The notes: a model not told the origin generated them from the letters alone. A stretch of DNA of 64,000 bases from an uncultured bacterium (GCA_964559225.1 CAZLGA010000005.1:185-64184), one strand, 5' to 3'. Counted from the first letter of the stretch, positions 30,987 through 40,843 are shown. Translations and numbers: made by a program.

Positions 30987-31846
30987 AATATTTTATGTTC
31001 CTTTAATAAATTTGTGGGGGTAACCTTATTGTATTCAAGACCCCATACTTCAACTGGCAACCCAAATGCCATAGCCATTATCTGGCTGAAATAAAATACC
31101 GGAATAAACCGATGGTCGGAATGAATACCTGCAATCTTAGATTGAAAATTATCAAGATTATAATGGCAGACTGGGCATGAAGTAACAATTGCCTCAGCAC
31201 CTTTTTCCCATGCATTCTTTAAAATTTTATAAGAAGCCTCAAGGGCTGCCTCAGGCGAATTAACAATTAGGTATGAACCGCAGCATTCAACCTTTAGCGG
31301 AAAATTAACAGGCTGTGCACCCATCAATTGAACGAATTCTTCCATAATCGTCGGTGCCTCTGGATCATCAAATTCAATTTCGTCCTTTGGTCTCAATAGA
31401 TAACACCCATAATAACATCCCAATTTTAAATTTCCAAGATTCTTTTTCAAACCCTTTTTGAACTCTTCTTGATGTTCTTTAATAAATTCAAAAGGATGTA
31501 TTATCTTTTGTCCACCATTGTAATCTTCACCAAGGTGTTCATTTATAATTTTCAGGGTATCAGGGTCATTTTTGAAAATGTAGTTCGCCCTCTTCAAAGT
31601 ATTGTAGCAAATAGAACAGGGCACAAGCAAGGCGCCATTTTCTTTCTGGGCTCTGGTCAGAATCCGCAGGGGAGCAATCAAGGACATTTTGTTGTCCCGG
31701 GCAAGAGTAAATGTAGTCCCGCAGCAGTACCAGTTTGCCAGTTCCTTTAACTCCATACCCACAGCATTGAATGTTGCCTTAATAGAATCATTAAGCACCT
31801 TTGCCTTTGTATACAAATCGCAACCAGGATAATATGATATCTTCAT
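30983..31846 (-). CDS. hdrB: heterodisulfide reductase subunit B-like protein (two CCG domains)
   Basis: Two cysteine-rich CCG domains (YYPGCDL...NWYCCGT and LGCYYGCYL...VECCGSY...CPVCH). Confidence 0.8.
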   Translation of the reverse strand: MKISYYPGCDLYTKAKVLNDSIKATFNAVGMELKELANWYCCGTTFTLARDNKMSLIAPLRILTRAQKENGALLVPCSICYNTLKRANYIFKNDPDTLKIINEHLGEDYNGGQKIIHPFEFIKEHQEEFKKGLKKNLGNLKLGCYYGCYLLRPKDEIEFDDPEAPTIMEEFVQLMGAQPVNFPLKVECCGSYLIVNSPEAALEASYKILKNAWEKGAEAIVTSCPVCHYNLDNFQSKIAGIHSDHRFIPVFYFSQIMAMAFGLPVEVWGLEYNKVTPTNLLKEHKIL

Positions 31847-31848
31847 AA

Positions 31849-32244
31849 TCAGTAAGAATATTTATATAATGCGCTCATCAATACAAGGGGATGTGCATCT
31901 TTAAGCAATTCTTTATCAATTTTATCAATATCAATAAGCTGTTCCTTAGCGCGCAGGTGAATCGTCCGCACCGCCTCCATTATTCGCGGTATATCCACGC
32001 CCCGCGGGCACCTTGACTCACACACCAGACAGGCAGCACAGAACCACGGGCTCTGTGCCTTCAAAACATCTTCTTTATAACCGAGTTGAATATATCTTAT
32101 TATACGGTTTGGTGGTTCATCCATGAACTCGGCAAATGGACAACCTGCTGTGCATCGTCCACACTGATAGCAATCAGCAATACTCTGCTGACTTATTTCC
32201 TGTATTTTCAGAATAAAGTCCTTATCGCTTGAGAGTTTTCTCAT
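31849..32244 (-). CDS. hdrC: heterodisulfide reductase subunit C-like 2x[4Fe-4S] ferredoxin
   Basis: Two CxxCxxCxxxCP motifs (CYQCGRCTAGCP and CAACLVCESRCP). Confidence 0.75.
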   Translation of the reverse strand: MRKLSSDKDFILKIQEISQQSIADCYQCGRCTAGCPFAEFMDEPPNRIIRYIQLGYKEDVLKAQSPWFCAACLVCESRCPRGVDIPRIMEAVRTIHLRAKEQLIDIDKIDKELLKDAHPLVLMSALYKYSY

Positions 32245-32277
32245 AAGTATATGATTATATTTAAAAATATCTTAATG

Positions 32278-33411
32278 TCAAGTGATTTTTAGCAAATGGG
32301 AAAAACTCTTTAAACAGAAATAAAATAGGTCTGAATGAAAATCAAAATTTATCTTCGGAATCAATAATTCAACCCAGAAACGGTGACCCTTTACAAAGGT
32401 AAATAATCGCTCAATTGTGTGGTCGCTTATCTTTGAAGCAACCCGGCGAATTTTTTTACCAATATCAAGTTCTGATGATAATGCAGAACGCCAGGTTAGT
32501 TCATATTCATATAATGATTTACCATTTTTTAAAGCCTTAAAGATATAATCAACCGCAATGTCTGCACACAAAAGCCCTGTAAAAATACCACCACCGGTAG
32601 TTGTCTTAACCTGACCCGCAGCCTCACCAACCGCGAGGATTCTTCCCGAGACACTTTTTTTGATTGGACCATACGCAATCGGTTTTACACATATCTCATT
32701 CTGGTCTAATATGCTTTGTCTAAACAACAGTCTGTTTTTTAAAAATCTCATCAGGAAGGTTTTGCCTTCTTTTTCAAGAATCATTCCTATCCGCGCTTTA
32801 TTTTCATTGATTGGCACTACCCAGCCGAACGAAGCAGGGATATATTTCTGACTTATGTATATCTCAATATTATTAGGTGCAACCTTTTTGAGCAATTCTA
32901 TCTGCGAACCATAAAGGAATTGAGGCGGTACACCAAGACCGATTTTTTTCTGCAATTGATAATTTACCCCGGTCGCGATAATAACAAATTTGCCAAAACG
33001 ACTGACACCATCGGCACTTATTTTATAATATTTACGCTCTTCTTGTATCACCTTCACATTCACTCCAAGGCAAAATTCTACGCCATCTCTCTTCGCAATC
33101 TCTGAAAGTCGGTGGTCAAACAATTCCCTATCAACAACAAAGGCAAATGGTTTTGGTGTAAGATATTCAAGCTTCTGATTTTCGGGTGAAACAAAAGTGA
33201 AAGATTTTATCTCGGTTAGAATAGAATCGGTCGGAAGATGAAATCTCTTAAAAGATTCTGTGCTTATGACGCCAGTGCATATTACACCTTCCCCAATTTT
33301 TTTCTTCTGCTCAAAAACACATACTTTGAAACCCTTTTTAGCAAGCCTAAGTGCTGCATAAGAACCTACAGGTCCTCCACCTATTACAATTACATCATAT
33401 AGATTTTTCAT
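32278..33411 (-). CDS. geranylgeranyl reductase family FAD-dependent oxidoreductase
   Basis: Rossmann GxGxxG region DVIVIGGGPVGSYAALRLAKKG and a GGR-family C-terminus. The likely start is MKNLYD at 33411, which appears leaderless because the promoter -10 overlaps the upstream ATG at 33429. Confidence 0.75.
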   Translation of the reverse strand: MKNLYDVIVIGGGPVGSYAALRLAKKGFKVCVFEQKKKIGEGVICTGVISTESFKRFHLPTDSILTEIKSFTFVSPENQKLEYLTPKPFAFVVDRELFDHRLSEIAKRDGVEFCLGVNVKVIQEERKYYKISADGVSRFGKFVIIATGVNYQLQKKIGLGVPPQFLYGSQIELLKKVAPNNIEIYISQKYIPASFGWVVPINENKARIGMILEKEGKTFLMRFLKNRLLFRQSILDQNEICVKPIAYGPIKKSVSGRILAVGEAAGQVKTTTGGGIFTGLLCADIAVDYIFKALKNGKSLYEYELTWRSALSSELDIGKKIRRVASKISDHTIERLFTFVKGHRFWVELLIPKINFDFHSDLFYFCLKSFSHLLKIT

Positions 33412-33420
33412 AACCACAAA

Positions 33421-33464
33421 ATTATACACATTAGTTTGAATATGTCAATCCATCGATTTAAATC
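33421..33464 (-). promoter_or_regulatory. promoter on the minus strand (TTGACA-16-TGnTATAAT) with upstream palindromic box GATTTAAATC, for the GGR-hdrC-hdrB operon
   Basis: -10 at 33426-33421, -35 at 33448-33443, and the palindrome at 33455-33464 lying 6 nt upstream of the -35. Confidence 0.55.
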
Positions 33465-33588
33465 AAAAATTAATATAGAATAACGCGTAATCTTCTTCAG
33501 CCTCTTTTATAAAATCGTTAAAGGTTTGGCGGTTCGCTGCCCATTTCTTTATATGATTTGGGTTGTTGGTTTTTTATATTACGACGCC

Positions 33589-34581
33589 TTATTCTGAAAT
33601 CTGCTCCAGAGATTCCCGGGGAATTGCATCAATGCTGATATCAGAAGGTCCAAATTTTTTGTATCTATACTGTCCTGCCAGTGCAATCATCGCCCCGTTA
33701 TCGGTGCAAAATTGTGTATCCGGGATAAACAATTCAAAACCCATTAATTCGGCAAGGTTTAGAAATTTTTCTCGGAGTCTTTTATTAACTGAAACACCTC
33801 CAACAATTCCAAAATATTTGACTTTTGTATACTCTATTGCCCGCCTTGAAACCCGAATCAAATGCTCTAAGGCTGACTCCTGAAAAGAAGCAGATAGATC
33901 ATCTTTCTTATATCTTTTGTTATCACGGATATAATACAAAACTGCCGTCTTTAATCCTGCATAACTAAAATTAAAGCCCTTGGGTTTTGGTATAGGAAAT
34001 TTAATCTTTTCTGGATTGCCATCTTTTGCTGATTTTTCAATGTAGGGACCACCAGGGTATGGTAAATTTATCATTTTTGCAACTTTGTCAAATGCCTCGC
34101 CACAGGCGTCATCAAGTGTCCTGCCCAGTGTCTTATACCTGAATTCTTTTTCAACAAAGATAAGTTCAGTATGTCCTCCAGAAACGAGTAATACAAGATA
34201 AGGATACCTGGGAACCTTTTTATTGAAGAACAACCCGTAGATATGCCCTTCAAGATGATTCACACCAATGAATGGCCTTTTCAAACCAATTGATAAAGAC
34301 TTTGCAAAAGAAAGTCCGGTTAACAGCGAACCCAATAAACCCGGACCACGGGTTGATGAGACCAAATCAATTTCATTCAATCCAATTCCGGCAGTTTCAA
34401 ATGCAATCCTGGTCAATGGCAATAACACTTTTATATGATTTCGCGCTGCGAGTTCAGGCACAACACCTCCATATTTTGTATGTGCAATCTGAGATGCTAC
34501 AATATTTGCAAGAACCTTATTGTCTTTTATAATTCCAATTGATGTCTCATCACAAGATGTTTCTATACCGAGGGTGACCAT
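33589..34581 (-). CDS. tsaD: tRNA N6-adenosine threonylcarbamoyltransferase TsaD
   Basis: MVTLGIETSCDETSIGII, the Kae1/TsaD ASKHA fold, and the GGV(S/A)AN region. Confidence 0.9.
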   Translation of the reverse strand: MVTLGIETSCDETSIGIIKDNKVLANIVASQIAHTKYGGVVPELAARNHIKVLLPLTRIAFETAGIGLNEIDLVSSTRGPGLLGSLLTGLSFAKSLSIGLKRPFIGVNHLEGHIYGLFFNKKVPRYPYLVLLVSGGHTELIFVEKEFRYKTLGRTLDDACGEAFDKVAKMINLPYPGGPYIEKSAKDGNPEKIKFPIPKPKGFNFSYAGLKTAVLYYIRDNKRYKKDDLSASFQESALEHLIRVSRRAIEYTKVKYFGIVGGVSVNKRLREKFLNLAELMGFELFIPDTQFCTDNGAMIALAGQYRYKKFGPSDISIDAIPRESLEQISE

Positions 34582-34638
34582 ATTTATAATCGTCCATTAA
34601 AAATGGACGCTACACATTAGATAAATTGTTAAAAATTT

Positions 34639-35235
34639 CTATTTTTTCTTCTTGCCCTTTTTCTGTTTCTTTTCTTTCTTTTCTTTTTTTGCAATCTGCT
34701 TTTTCTCTTTCTTGGTCTTTTTTTCAACCTCCGGCTTTGTTTCTTTTTTGGGTAATTCTTTTTCCTTCTTTTCTTCTTTCTTCGGTTTTTCTTTTTTAGG
34801 TTTTTCTGCCTTCTTCTCTTTATCGGGCAACCAGCGATGTTCAATCAATTTTCTGCGCTGGTCAATCTTCTCGGGTTCACTCTTCTCAATCAATTCCAAT
34901 ATTGCCATTTCTGCACCATCGCCAAGCCGTGGACCAAGTCGGTAGATCCTTGTATATCCACCCTGACGATTGGCAAATTTAGGGGCAATTTCATCACAGA
35001 GAATCTTCACAAGTTTATGGTCTGGGATGAACCGATAAATAAATCTCTTTGTTGCAACTGTGTTCTTTTTTGCATATTCAATCAGGTGCTCGGCAAGTCG
35101 CCTTGCTTCCTTTGCCTTTGGCAGTGTGGTTTTAATTTTTTCAAAGATAAACAGGGCACGACATAAATTCCTTAAAAGCGCCAGACGATGTGCCTTTTTC
35201 CTCCCCAATTTTTTTACTTTTTTACCGTGTCTCAT
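34639..35235 (-). CDS. rplQ: 50S ribosomal protein L17 with ~75 aa lysine/glutamate-rich C-terminal extension
   Basis: L17 core MRHGKKVKKLGRK..HRLALLRNL. A KKEKKE low-complexity tail follows, extending to 198 aa. Confidence 0.9.
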   Translation of the reverse strand: MRHGKKVKKLGRKKAHRLALLRNLCRALFIFEKIKTTLPKAKEARRLAEHLIEYAKKNTVATKRFIYRFIPDHKLVKILCDEIAPKFANRQGGYTRIYRLGPRLGDGAEMAILELIEKSEPEKIDQRRKLIEHRWLPDKEKKAEKPKKEKPKKEEKKEKELPKKETKPEVEKKTKKEKKQIAKKEKKEKKQKKGKKKK

Positions 35236-35256
35236 CGCAACTCCATATCTTGATTA

Positions 35257-36333
35257 TTATACATCTTCTTTCAAATACCTATCAACATCCATTTCAAGGT
35301 GTAAACCCAAATTGTGCAATATTTTTTCCAATTCTTTGAGAGATTTTCTACCGAAATTATCATAGGTAAGTAATTCTTTACCACTCCTACGCACGAGGTC
35401 CCCGATCGTTTTAATATTCTCATTCTTAAGACAATTTGATGTTCTCACCGAAATTTCAAGTTCGTCAATACTCCTCTTCAGAATTTCCCTTATCCTGCGA
35501 TGTTCTGCATCAAGCTGTTCACGGGATGTTATGATGGGTTCAATATATAACTGGAGCCCTTTTTTGTTAATCGTATTTCTTATCTCATCAATCATCTTTT
35601 GGGTCGTATCATCAATAAACATAGATAGTTGTCTTTCACCCATGTCGACAAAGAACTTTAAATGATGTCTCAGGATGTTCGCTGCCTCAACCACACATTC
35701 AATCGGTGTCTTTGTGCCATCAGTCTTAACCTCAAGCACAAGGTGGTCATAATCCGTCTTTGTTCCTACTCTTGTGTTACGCACATCAAAGTTTACGGAC
35801 AAAACTGGTGAGAATATAGCATCAATATAAATCGTACCCACAGGCATATCTGCTTTTTTCAATAACTCCGCAGGAACAAATCCCCTGCCTAATTCCGCCG
35901 TCATCTCCATTGTAAAATTTACCTTCGCATCGGTCACAGACAAAATTTTCTGTTTCGGATTGACAATAAGGAAGAGTGGATTTTTTTCAATATCCTCAGC
36001 AAAGTAATCCTTCTTTCCTTTTACCTTCAAAACAAGTGTTGTAGGCTCGGTACCGAACAATTTTACACGTATCTTCTTGAGATTCAAAATTATCTCAACA
36101 ACATCTTCATATACACCAGGGATGGTTGAAAATTCTTGTGTCACATTTGATATTCTGACATTTGTAATAGCAGCACCCTGTATTGAAGAATAGAGCACAC
36201 GGCGCATTGCATTCCCCAGCGTAATGCCAAATCCCCTTTCTAGGGGTGAAATTGTAAATCTCGTAAAAACATCGGATACTGTTTCTTTATCAATTTCAAT
36301 GCCTTTAGGCGTTACAAATGGTTTCAATAGCAT
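35257..36333 (-). CDS. rpoA: DNA-directed RNA polymerase subunit alpha
   Basis: N-terminal dimerisation domain and a C-terminal alphaCTD (LELSVRTSNCLK). 358 aa. Confidence 0.95.
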   Translation of the reverse strand: MLLKPFVTPKGIEIDKETVSDVFTRFTISPLERGFGITLGNAMRRVLYSSIQGAAITNVRISNVTQEFSTIPGVYEDVVEIILNLKKIRVKLFGTEPTTLVLKVKGKKDYFAEDIEKNPLFLIVNPKQKILSVTDAKVNFTMEMTAELGRGFVPAELLKKADMPVGTIYIDAIFSPVLSVNFDVRNTRVGTKTDYDHLVLEVKTDGTKTPIECVVEAANILRHHLKFFVDMGERQLSMFIDDTTQKMIDEIRNTINKKGLQLYIEPIITSREQLDAEHRRIREILKRSIDELEISVRTSNCLKNENIKTIGDLVRRSGKELLTYDNFGRKSLKELEKILHNLGLHLEMDVDRYLKEDV

Positions 36334-36341
36334 ATTACTCC

Positions 36342-36971
36342 TTATTTAGAATACAACTCAACAATTAGATTTTCTTGTAAAGGTATCGCGATATCTTCTC
36401 TCTTTGGTAATCTGAGAATCGTTCCGGTCATATTTTCCCTGTTTAGTTTTAGCCAGCCTGTTATTTTATCCGGGTCTCTTTCTTCCAATGCCCTTTTAAC
36501 AAATGTATTGGTACGCATTTGTTCACTCAACGAAACCACCTGATTTGGTTTTACAAGATAACTTGGAATATCAACCTTTTTACCATCAATCAAAATATGA
36601 CCATGTCTAACAAGTTGTCTTGCCTGTGTTCTCGATGATGCAAAGCCAAGTTGATATATAACATTATCAAGCCTTCTTTCCAAAAGTATCAGAAGGTTTT
36701 CCCCGGTAGCACCGGGCATCCTCACTGCCTCCTGGAAAAATCTTCTGAATTGTGCCTCCAATATCCCATAAATCGACTTTACTTTTTGTTTTTCCCTTAA
36801 TTGTGTAGCATAAGATGTCAATTTCCTTCTTCCTGCCTTTCCATGCTGACCCGGTGGATACCCCCTTCGAGTAAATGCACACTTATCAGTGTAACATCTG
36901 CTTCCTCTCAAAAACAATTTCTCGCCTTCGCGGCGGCAGATCTTGCATTTCGCCCCTATATACCTTGCCAC
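36342..36971 (-). CDS. rpsD: 30S ribosomal protein S4
   Basis: MARYIGAKCKICRREG. Confidence 0.95.
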   Translation of the reverse strand: MARYIGAKCKICRREGEKLFLRGSRCYTDKCAFTRRGYPPGQHGKAGRRKLTSYATQLREKQKVKSIYGILEAQFRRFFQEAVRMPGATGENLLILLERRLDNVIYQLGFASSRTQARQLVRHGHILIDGKKVDIPSYLVKPNQVVSLSEQMRTNTFVKRALEERDPDKITGWLKLNRENMTGTILRLPKREDIAIPLQENLIVELYSK

Positions 36972-37358
36972 TTACACCCTCCTTCTTCGTGGTGGACGAC
37001 AGCCATTATGGGGTAATGGTGTAACATCCTTGATTGCAGTTATCGTCAACCCAACTGTTTGTAAGGTCCTCACTGCTGCCTCACGACCCGGTCCTGGCCC
37101 TTTTATGCGCACTTCAATCTTTTTTATGCCCATTGCCAGTGCATCTCTAGCGACTGCAGTTGCACATTGCTGTGCCGCATACGCAGTCCCTTTTTTAGTT
37201 CCTTTAAAACCAACCCTTCCGGCACTTGACCAGCATAGCGTATTACCTTGATTATCACAAATCGTAACAATTGTATTATTGAAACTGGCAAAAATATTAG
37301 CAATACCAGTTAACTCTGCCTTTTGCGTCTTCTTTTTCCTTACCGTTTTCTTTTTCAT
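36972..37358 (-). CDS. rpsK: 30S ribosomal protein S11
   Basis: [16 protein letters not shown].. Confidence 0.95.
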   Translation of the reverse strand: MKKKTVRKKKTQKAELTGIANIFASFNNTIVTICDNQGNTLCWSSAGRVGFKGTKKGTAYAAQQCATAVARDALAMGIKKIEVRIKGPGPGREAAVRTLQTVGLTITAIKDVTPLPHNGCRPPRRRRV

Positions 37359-37738
37359 TTCTTCTCTCCTACACCTTTGCTTACCGCAACAGTTTTCCTC
37401 TTACCCTTACGCGTTCGGGCATTTGTCCGTGTTCTTTGTCCTCTAACTGGGAGTCCAATCTTGTGTCTTATTCCACGATAGCAACCAATATCAATCAACC
37501 TTTTTATGTTTGCTGCAACATCTGCTCTCAGCGCACCTTCAACCTTATATTCAGATTCAATCATCTTTCTTATCTTCGTAACCTCTTCCTCAGTAAGGTC
37601 TTTTATTTTCTTTGACCGGTCAATGCCACATTGCAGAACAATCTGCTGGGCAATTGGAATACCGATCCCATAAATTGCAGTCAAACCATATTCCACTTTT
37701 TTATTCAAAGGCAAATCAACACCAGCAATTCTCGGCAT
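37355..37738 (-). CDS. rpsM: 30S ribosomal protein S13
   Basis: [10 protein letters not shown]. Confidence 0.95.
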   Translation of the reverse strand: MPRIAGVDLPLNKKVEYGLTAIYGIGIPIAQQIVLQCGIDRSKKIKDLTEEEVTKIRKMIESEYKVEGALRADVAANIKRLIDIGCYRGIRHKIGLPVRGQRTRTNARTRKGKRKTVAVSKGVGEKK

Positions 37739-37759
37739 AAACCTCCTTAGCTAAAAAAT

Positions 37760-37873
37760 TTAACCCTGTCTCTGTTTGTGCCGGGGATCCTTACAGATAA
37801 TCCTGACGACACCCTTTCTTTTTATGACCCGACACTTTATGCATCGCTTTTTAATTGATGACTTCACTTTCAA
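37760..37873 (-). CDS. rpmJ: 50S ribosomal protein L36 (not in the ORF track; TTG start)
   Basis: Manual translation gives (M)[41 protein letters not shown] lies 4 nt upstream of the TTG. Confidence 0.85.
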   Translation of the reverse strand: MKVKSSIKKRCIKCRVIKRKGVVRIICKDPRHKQRQG

Positions 37874-37926
37874 TTTTTCTCCTTAAACTTAAAGATTACC
37901 AATTTTTTAAAAAAAGTCAATATTTT

Positions 37927-38145
37927 TTATTTGTAACGCCAAACAATTCTACCCCTTGATAGGTCATAGGGTGACAACTCAAGCAAAACCCTATCTCCTG
38001 GAAGAATCTTTATGTAGCTCATCCTCATTTTTCCCGAAACATGTGCCAAAACTTTATGTCCGTTATCAAGTTCAACACGAAACATTGCATTCGGCAATGT
38101 CTCAATTATCGTTCCCTCGGTCTGGATCAAATCCTTCCTTGCCAT
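37927..38145 (-). CDS. infA: translation initiation factor IF-1
   Basis: The start is likely MARKD at 38145. S1-like OB fold with [14 protein letters not shown]. Confidence 0.9.
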   Translation of the reverse strand: MARKDLIQTEGTIIETLPNAMFRVELDNGHKVLAHVSGKMRMSYIKILPGDRVLLELSPYDLSRGRIVWRYK

Positions 38146-38146
38146 C

Positions 38147-38902
38147 TCAGTTCTCCACCACCCTTGTGGCATTCAAATTACCTTTTTTCAAAATTATAAT
38201 TGTATCCTCAAAATGACAAGATAAAGAACCATCCCTTGTTGATATCGTCCAGCCATTATTTAATGTTTTCACTTCAAAACTGCCCATATTCGTCATCGGC
38301 TCAATCGCCAGTGCCATACCCGGGATAAGTTCTGGGTCTGGTCCACCGCAAACAAAATTCGGTATCATCGGTTCTTCATGTAGAGTCTTACCAACACCAT
38401 GACCAGTAAGTTCCCTTACTACACTGTATCCATTATCTTCAACAAATTTCTGTATTGCCTGTGATATATCGGAAACATGGTTGCTGGGTTTTGCCTTTTC
38501 AATACCTTTCTTCAACGCCTCTTTGGTCAATTTAACAAATTTTAAAACATCTTCCGAAACCGTGCCTGATATAAATGTCTGTGACGCATCGGCAATATAT
38601 CCACCATAAACCACACCAATATCAATCTTTACCAAATCCCCATCTTTGATCACGCGGTCGTCAGGAATGCCATGAACAACCTCATCATTCAAAGAAATAC
38701 AGGAACTCTTGGGAAATCCACGATAATTCAAAAAGGCAGGATATCCATTGTGTTCAATTATAATTTTATGTATCATATCGTCCAATTCCCTCGTCTTCAT
38801 GCCCCGCAAATCAATCTTTTCAATTTTCTTAAAGATTTTGTTGATGATCTCTCCAGCAAGAATAACATTTTTTATCCCTTCTTCATTTAATATAACCATC
38901 AA
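38147..38902 (-). CDS. map: type I methionine aminopeptidase
   Basis: Pita-bread fold with metal ligands [16 protein letters not shown] present. Confidence 0.9.
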   Translation of the reverse strand: MMVILNEEGIKNVILAGEIINKIFKKIEKIDLRGMKTRELDDMIHKIIIEHNGYPAFLNYRGFPKSSCISLNDEVVHGIPDDRVIKDGDLVKIDIGVVYGGYIADASQTFISGTVSEDVLKFVKLTKEALKKGIEKAKPSNHVSDISQAIQKFVEDNGYSVVRELTGHGVGKTLHEEPMIPNFVCGGPDPELIPGMALAIEPMTNMGSFEVKTLNNGWTISTRDGSLSCHFEDTIIILKKGNLNATRVVEN

Positions 38903-39533
38903 GAACCTGAGCTATCCTTTTGTAAACATCTTCTTTGTCCCCGGAAGCATCAATGCCTACAAGGACACCGAGAGATTTGTAGTAATCACAGAGGGGTCTG
39001 GTTAATTCTTCATAAACTTTAAGTCTGTTATTAATAACTTCAAGATTATCGTCCTTTCTTTTTTCAAGATAGGTACCACATTCATCACAGATATTAGGAT
39101 TTTTGGGTGGATTTGTAACTTCGTTATAAACAGCACTACATTTCGGACAATATAGACGACCCAGGATTCTTTTTATCAGTTCTTCTTTTGTTAGCTGGAG
39201 TTCGATTGCAAGTGTAATTTTTCGGTTATGACGGGCAAGGATTTTCTCTAATTCAATTGCCTGGTTTAGATTTCTTGGGAATCCATCAAATAATATTCTA
39301 TCATTTAAATTTTCAATCACAAAATCTTCTACTATCTCAAAAACTATATCATCCGGGGCAAGAATACCATTCTTCATATACTCCTCAACCTTCTTTCCTG
39401 TCAGACTACCCATCGCAACCTCTTCTCTCAAAATATCACCCATTGAGAATTTTTTAAGATTGTATCTTTCCACAAGAAGATCTGCCTGGGTGCCTTTCCC
39501 GACTCCAGGAGGTCCAAAGAGGAATATCATCAA
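38883..39533 (-). CDS. adk: adenylate kinase (zinc-lid type)
   Basis: P-loop GPPGVGKGTQ and a LID with CPKC...CDECG. Confidence 0.9.
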   Translation of the reverse strand: MMIFLFGPPGVGKGTQADLLVERYNLKKFSMGDILREEVAMGSLTGKKVEEYMKNGILAPDDIVFEIVEDFVIENLNDRILFDGFPRNLNQAIELEKILARHNRKITLAIELQLTKEELIKRILGRLYCPKCSAVYNEVTNPPKNPNICDECGTYLEKRKDDNLEVINNRLKVYEELTRPLCDYYKSLGVLVGIDASGDKEDVYKRIAQVLDGYIK

Positions 39534-40843
39534 CGACGCCCCTTTATCCTTCCTTTTTTCATAAAGCCTTCATAATGATACATTAACAATTGTGACTCAA
39601 TCTGCTGGACTGTATCAAGTGCAACCCCAACAATAATAAGCAGAGTTGTTCCACCAAAATAAAAAGGTACTTTGAGATAGTTTATCAAATACCAGGGAAC
39701 AAGGGCAATGAAACCAAGGAATAGTGCCCCGGGCAATGTAACCCTTGATAGAACCCCATCCACATAATCAGCAGTCTTCTGACCAGGTCTTATCCCCGGA
39801 ATAAAACCACCATAACGTTTCATATTTTCAGCAAGTTCTGTGGGATTAAATACGATTGAGGTATAAAAATATGTAAAGAATACAATCAAGGCAAAAAATA
39901 TAATATCGTATGCCCAGTGTCCCGGTCTAAACATTTCCGCCAAATATTTTAAAGTGGGAACATAAGCAGCAACTGTGCTCGGGAACACTACAAGCGACTG
40001 GGCGAAAATAATCGGGATAACTCCTGCGGTATTCACCCGCAATGGTAAAAATGTTGATTGTCCACCATACATTCTTCTTCCGATAACCCTTTTGGGATAT
40101 TGTACAGGAATACGCCTTGTCGCCTGGGTCATAACAATCACTGCCGCAACTATGAAAATCATTATAACAATAACAATGAGAAGATTAAAGATCGAAAGGC
40201 CTTGGGTTGCAACGAGCTGAGCAGTACGGAAAAAATATGCTGGATATTCTTCAAGACAACCAATAAATATTAAAAACGAAATACCATTTCCGATCCCTTT
40301 TTCTGTAATCTGTTCACCAATCCACATTGCAAATATTGCACCACAGGTTAGGGTCAACACTGAAGAAAGACGAAAAACCCAGCCCGGGTCATAGACAATT
40401 GGCACAACACCTGAGGCAGTACTAAATTTCTGCATTTCAAGATAAACCGCGATACCGAATCCCTGGAAGGCAGCGAGTGCAACTGTGAGATACCTTGTAT
40501 ACTGGGTTATCTTTCTTCGCCCCGCCTGGTCTCTCTGCATTTTTTCAATCTGCGGAAACACCGGACCGAGCAACTGGAATATAATTGAAGATGAAATATA
40601 TGGCATCACTCCGAGAAAAAGTATCGCCGCCCTTGATAATGCCCCCCCTACAAAGATATCATACATTCCAAATAATGAACCCTGTTGTTTTAATTGCTGC
40701 ATCAATAAGCCAAGTGCCTGTGCATTTATTCCCGGGAGTGGTATATGTGCGCCCAGCCGGTATATAAAAATTGCACCCAGGGTAAATAAGAGCTTTCTCT
40801 TTAAGTCAGGAACCTTGAAAATATTCTGAAACGTGGACATCAT
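39530..40843 (-). CDS. secY: preprotein translocase subunit SecY
   Basis: 10-TM SecY. 437 aa. Confidence 0.95.
   Translation of the reverse strand: MMSTFQNIFKVPDLKRKLLFTLGAIFIYRLGAHIPLPGINAQALGLLMQQLKQQGSLFGMYDIFVGGALSRAAILFLGVMPYISSSIIFQLLGPVFPQIEKMQRDQAGRRKITQYTRYLTVALAAFQGFGIAVYLEMQKFSTASGVVPIVYDPGWVFRLSSVLTLTCGAIFAMWIGEQITEKGIGNGISFLIFIGCLEEYPAYFFRTAQLVATQGLSIFNLLIVIVIMIFIVAAVIVMTQATRRIPVQYPKRVIGRRMYGGQSTFLPLRVNTAGVIPIIFAQSLVVFPSTVAAYVPTLKYLAEMFRPGHWAYDIIFFALIVFFTYFYTSIVFNPTELAENMKRYGGFIPGIRPGQKTADYVDGVLSRVTLPGALFLGFIALVPWYLINYLKVPFYFGGTTLLIIVGVALDTVQQIESQLLMYHYEGFMKKGRIKGRR

Noticed and set aside
34629-34945. K/R-rich 71-aa (minus strand) and S/F-rich 97-aa (plus strand) ORFs
   Set aside because: They are alternative-frame read-throughs of the (AAG/GAA)n tract that encodes the L17 lysine-rich tail.
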